Positions 24,215 to 25,829 of a stretch of 25,829 nucleotides of DNA are shown piece after piece. The DNA comes from Candidatus Kaiserbacteria bacterium (GTDB taxonomy: Bacteria > Patescibacteriota > Minisyncoccia > Phycocordibacterales > Phycocordibacteraceae), in contig JAHFMQ010000001.1 in NCBI GenBank assembly GCA_023267775.1, positions 1-25,829 on the forward strand, read 5' to 3'. Numbering within the stretch: the first letter of the stretch is position 1; the number at the start of each line of letters is the position of its first letter. The position numbers were made by a program, and so were the translations under genes. Below the pieces are notes generated by a model. That model had not been told where the DNA came from, did not search any database, and saw only the letters and a list, made by a program, of their open reading frames with translations.

Positions 24215-25551
24215 TACCGTTCTTGAACGAAGGTGAGTGCGCGACCCTTGAGCGATGCACGGCCGGTGCGGCCGATGCGATGGATGTAATCCTCGTACGT
24301 TGAAGGAAGGTCGTAGTTAATGACGTGCGAGACAGCGGGAATATCGAGTCCGCGAGCGGCAACGTCGGTCGCGACGAGTACGCTTACCTTCCCTGCTTTG
24401 AACGCTTCGAGAGCGCGTATGCGAGCACCATGGGTCTTATTACCGTGAATGCTTTCGGCGTGGATGTGAAGACGCGAGAGGGCTTTTGCGAGCTTCTCGA
24501 CACCGAATTTCGTGCGGCCGAACACAAGCACGCGACTGAATTCACGATCTTTAAGAAGTTCGGCAAGCACCTCAAATTTATCCTTTCCACGCGGGATACG
24601 AACGACATCTTGATCAATATTTTTGGATGTATCACGCGTCTTTACCGAGATGACGACTGGACTCGAGAGGAAATCTCCAATGAGTTTTTCGATTTCTCGC
24701 GACATAGTTGCGGAAAAAAAGAGTGTGTGGCGTTCCTTGTTCATTTTCCCAAGAATCATACGCATATCGTCGATAAAGCCCATGTCGAGCATGCGATCTG
24801 CCTCATCAAGGACGACGGTACCGAAGCCCGAGAGATCAAGCGCCCGGCGTTCCATCAAGTCTTTGAGACGTCCCGGGGTGCCGATGACGAACGCCGGATT
24901 GTGCCGGAGCTGTGATATCTGTGGACCGATATTCGCGCCACCGACCGCCACCATGCCGCGGAAGCCAAGTCCTTTCGCAAATCCTGCAAGCTCTTTCTCG
25001 ATCTGCACCGCAAGTTCCCGTGTCGGCGCCATAATAAGGATCCGATCACCTTTCTGCTTCATCACTTTATCGATAAGAGGAATGAGGAATGCTGCAGTCT
25101 TCCCTGTTCCCGTCTCAGCAAGACCGACGACGTCCTGGCCAAGAAGGGCGTGAGGGATCGCTTTATCCTGAATCGGTGTCGGAAGCTCATATTTTCGAGC
25201 TTCAATGTTCTTCTTCAGGTGTGGATTGATATCGAAATCTGAGAATTTATGTTCGGGGACAAAGACAGGCTCTTCGGTCGTAACGACCGTCCTGTTCATA
25301 AACTTCGCAATCTCGGCTTCCGTCTCACCGAAAGATCCGAAGCCGCCACGACGACGTGCTGGTGCGCGTCCGCGATTACCTCCCGCACCGGGACGTCCGA
25401 AGGGACGCTGACCTCCGCCCATGTAACCGCCACTGCGACCTCCGAAACCGCTACGCTGCGGTGAGCGCGACGAATACGATCGCTCGCCTCCATGCGAACT
25501 TTCGTGTGATTTTTTATCTGACGATTGATGATTCCAACGCCCTACTTGCAT
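24211..25551 (-). CDS. DEAD-box RNA helicase (RhlE-like) with N-terminal RG/S-rich extension
   Basis: Q motif (PTPIQ), AETGTGKT, APTRELA, TPGRL, DEAD, SAT, ATDVAARGLD, HRIGRTGR. Confidence 0.95.
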   Translation of the reverse strand: MQVGRWNHQSSDKKSHESSHGGERSYSSRSPQRSGFGGRSGGYMGGGQRPFGRPGAGGNRGRAPARRRGGFGSFGETEAEIAKFMNRTVVTTEEPVFVPEHKFSDFDINPHLKKNIEARKYELPTPIQDKAIPHALLGQDVVGLAETGTGKTAAFLIPLIDKVMKQKGDRILIMAPTRELAVQIEKELAGFAKGLGFRGMVAVGGANIGPQISQLRHNPAFVIGTPGRLKDLMERRALDLSGFGTVVLDEADRMLDMGFIDDMRMILGKMNKERHTLFFSATMSREIEKLIGDFLSSPVVISVKTRDTSKNIDQDVVRIPRGKDKFEVLAELLKDREFSRVLVFGRTKFGVEKLAKALSRLHIHAESIHGNKTHGARIRALEAFKAGKVSVLVATDVAARGLDIPAVSHVINYDLPSTYEDYIHRIGRTGRASLKGRALTFVQERY

Positions 25552-25658
25552 AATAGTGTGTAGCTAAATAAATAAAATATAAAACAAAAGCAAAAAGCCT
25601 TTTTAACAGGTCTTGCTCTCGAAAACGGCACTCGACAGTGTGACGAGGCGTCAGAAGT
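25552..25658 (-). promoter_or_regulatory. Candidate structured 5' leader of the DEAD-box helicase
   Basis: Tandem hairpins TGACG-CCT-CGTCA and CACT-GTCG-AGTG, then AAAAAGGCTTTTTG and a roughly 30-nt U-rich tract before the ATG. Confidence 0.35.
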
Positions 25659-25829
25659 TTAAGAAATCGAATCGATTTGCACTTTGAGAAGCGGTTGGCG
25701 ATGCCCTTTGCGCTTGTAGTAGCGGCTCTTTGGCTTATATTTCACCACCTCGACTTTCTTATTCAATCCGGCGAGAACGACAGTGCCCTTGACCTCCGCA
25801 CCCTTGATAGTGGGCGCGCCGATGGTCGT
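25659..25829 (-). CDS. rplU: 50S ribosomal protein L21, 3' part (truncated by the window edge; absent from the ORF track)
   Basis: Manual translation of the minus strand: TTIGAPTIKGAEVKGTVVLAGLNKKVEVVKYKPKSRYYKRKGHRQPLLKVQIDSIS*, the L21 C-terminal signature (G.P, K..V.KYK.K..Y.K..GHRQ). Confidence 0.93.
   Translation of the reverse strand, partial: TTIGAPTIKGAEVKGTVVLAGLNKKVEVVKYKPKSRYYKRKGHRQPLLKVQIDSIS

Noticed and set aside
24325-25153. Long antisense ORFs (196 aa and 176 aa) opposite the DEAD-box helicase
   Set aside because: These are shadow frames expected from the high GC3 codon bias of the helicase gene; they show no motifs or promoter.
1-25829. CRISPR array, tRNA/rRNA, introns/inteins, stop-codon reassignment, defence or prophage genes
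   Set aside because: I saw no spaced direct repeats or cloverleaf/T-loop signatures in the spacers. dnaB and the synthetases are uninterrupted and of normal or short length, TGA terminates several conserved genes, and no such protein motifs were recognised.

Overview
This 25.8 kb window is densely coding, uses the standard bacterial code (TGA is a stop), and is mostly housekeeping genes. Gene content and protein style suggest a Patescibacteria/CPR (Parcubacteria-like) genome, which is an inference. The plus-strand run is hypothetical, aspS, pepA, scpA, scpB, D,D-carboxypeptidase, mraY, ftsW, murG, gltX, an M23 peptidase and a 770-aa membrane-anchored beta-propeller/SH3b protein. A roughly 190-nt GC-rich, highly structured non-coding element follows, ending in an IS200/IS605-type hairpin. 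Next come an AlkA-like glycosylase, two small membrane proteins, a LOG-family protein, a small membrane-anchored protein, rpmA, rplI, a CtpA protease, a CorA-family transporter, cysS, dnaB, a CYTH protein, recR, an orphan ORF, a DEAD-box helicase and the 3' part of rplU. I found no rRNA, tRNA, CRISPR array, integrase, transposase ORF or recognisable defence system. The leads most worth following are: (1) a cell-wall cluster with only the membrane steps (mraY-ftsW-murG, no Mur ligases), whose MraY appears altered at several active-site positions, next to two putative wall-targeting surface proteins; (2) the structured element at 14273-14461; (3) a recurring -10 box 6-10 nt upstream of many ATGs, implying leaderless mRNAs and correcting several start codons; (4) a structured leader upstream of the DEAD-box helicase. 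All family assignments come from motifs read by eye; no database searches were run.
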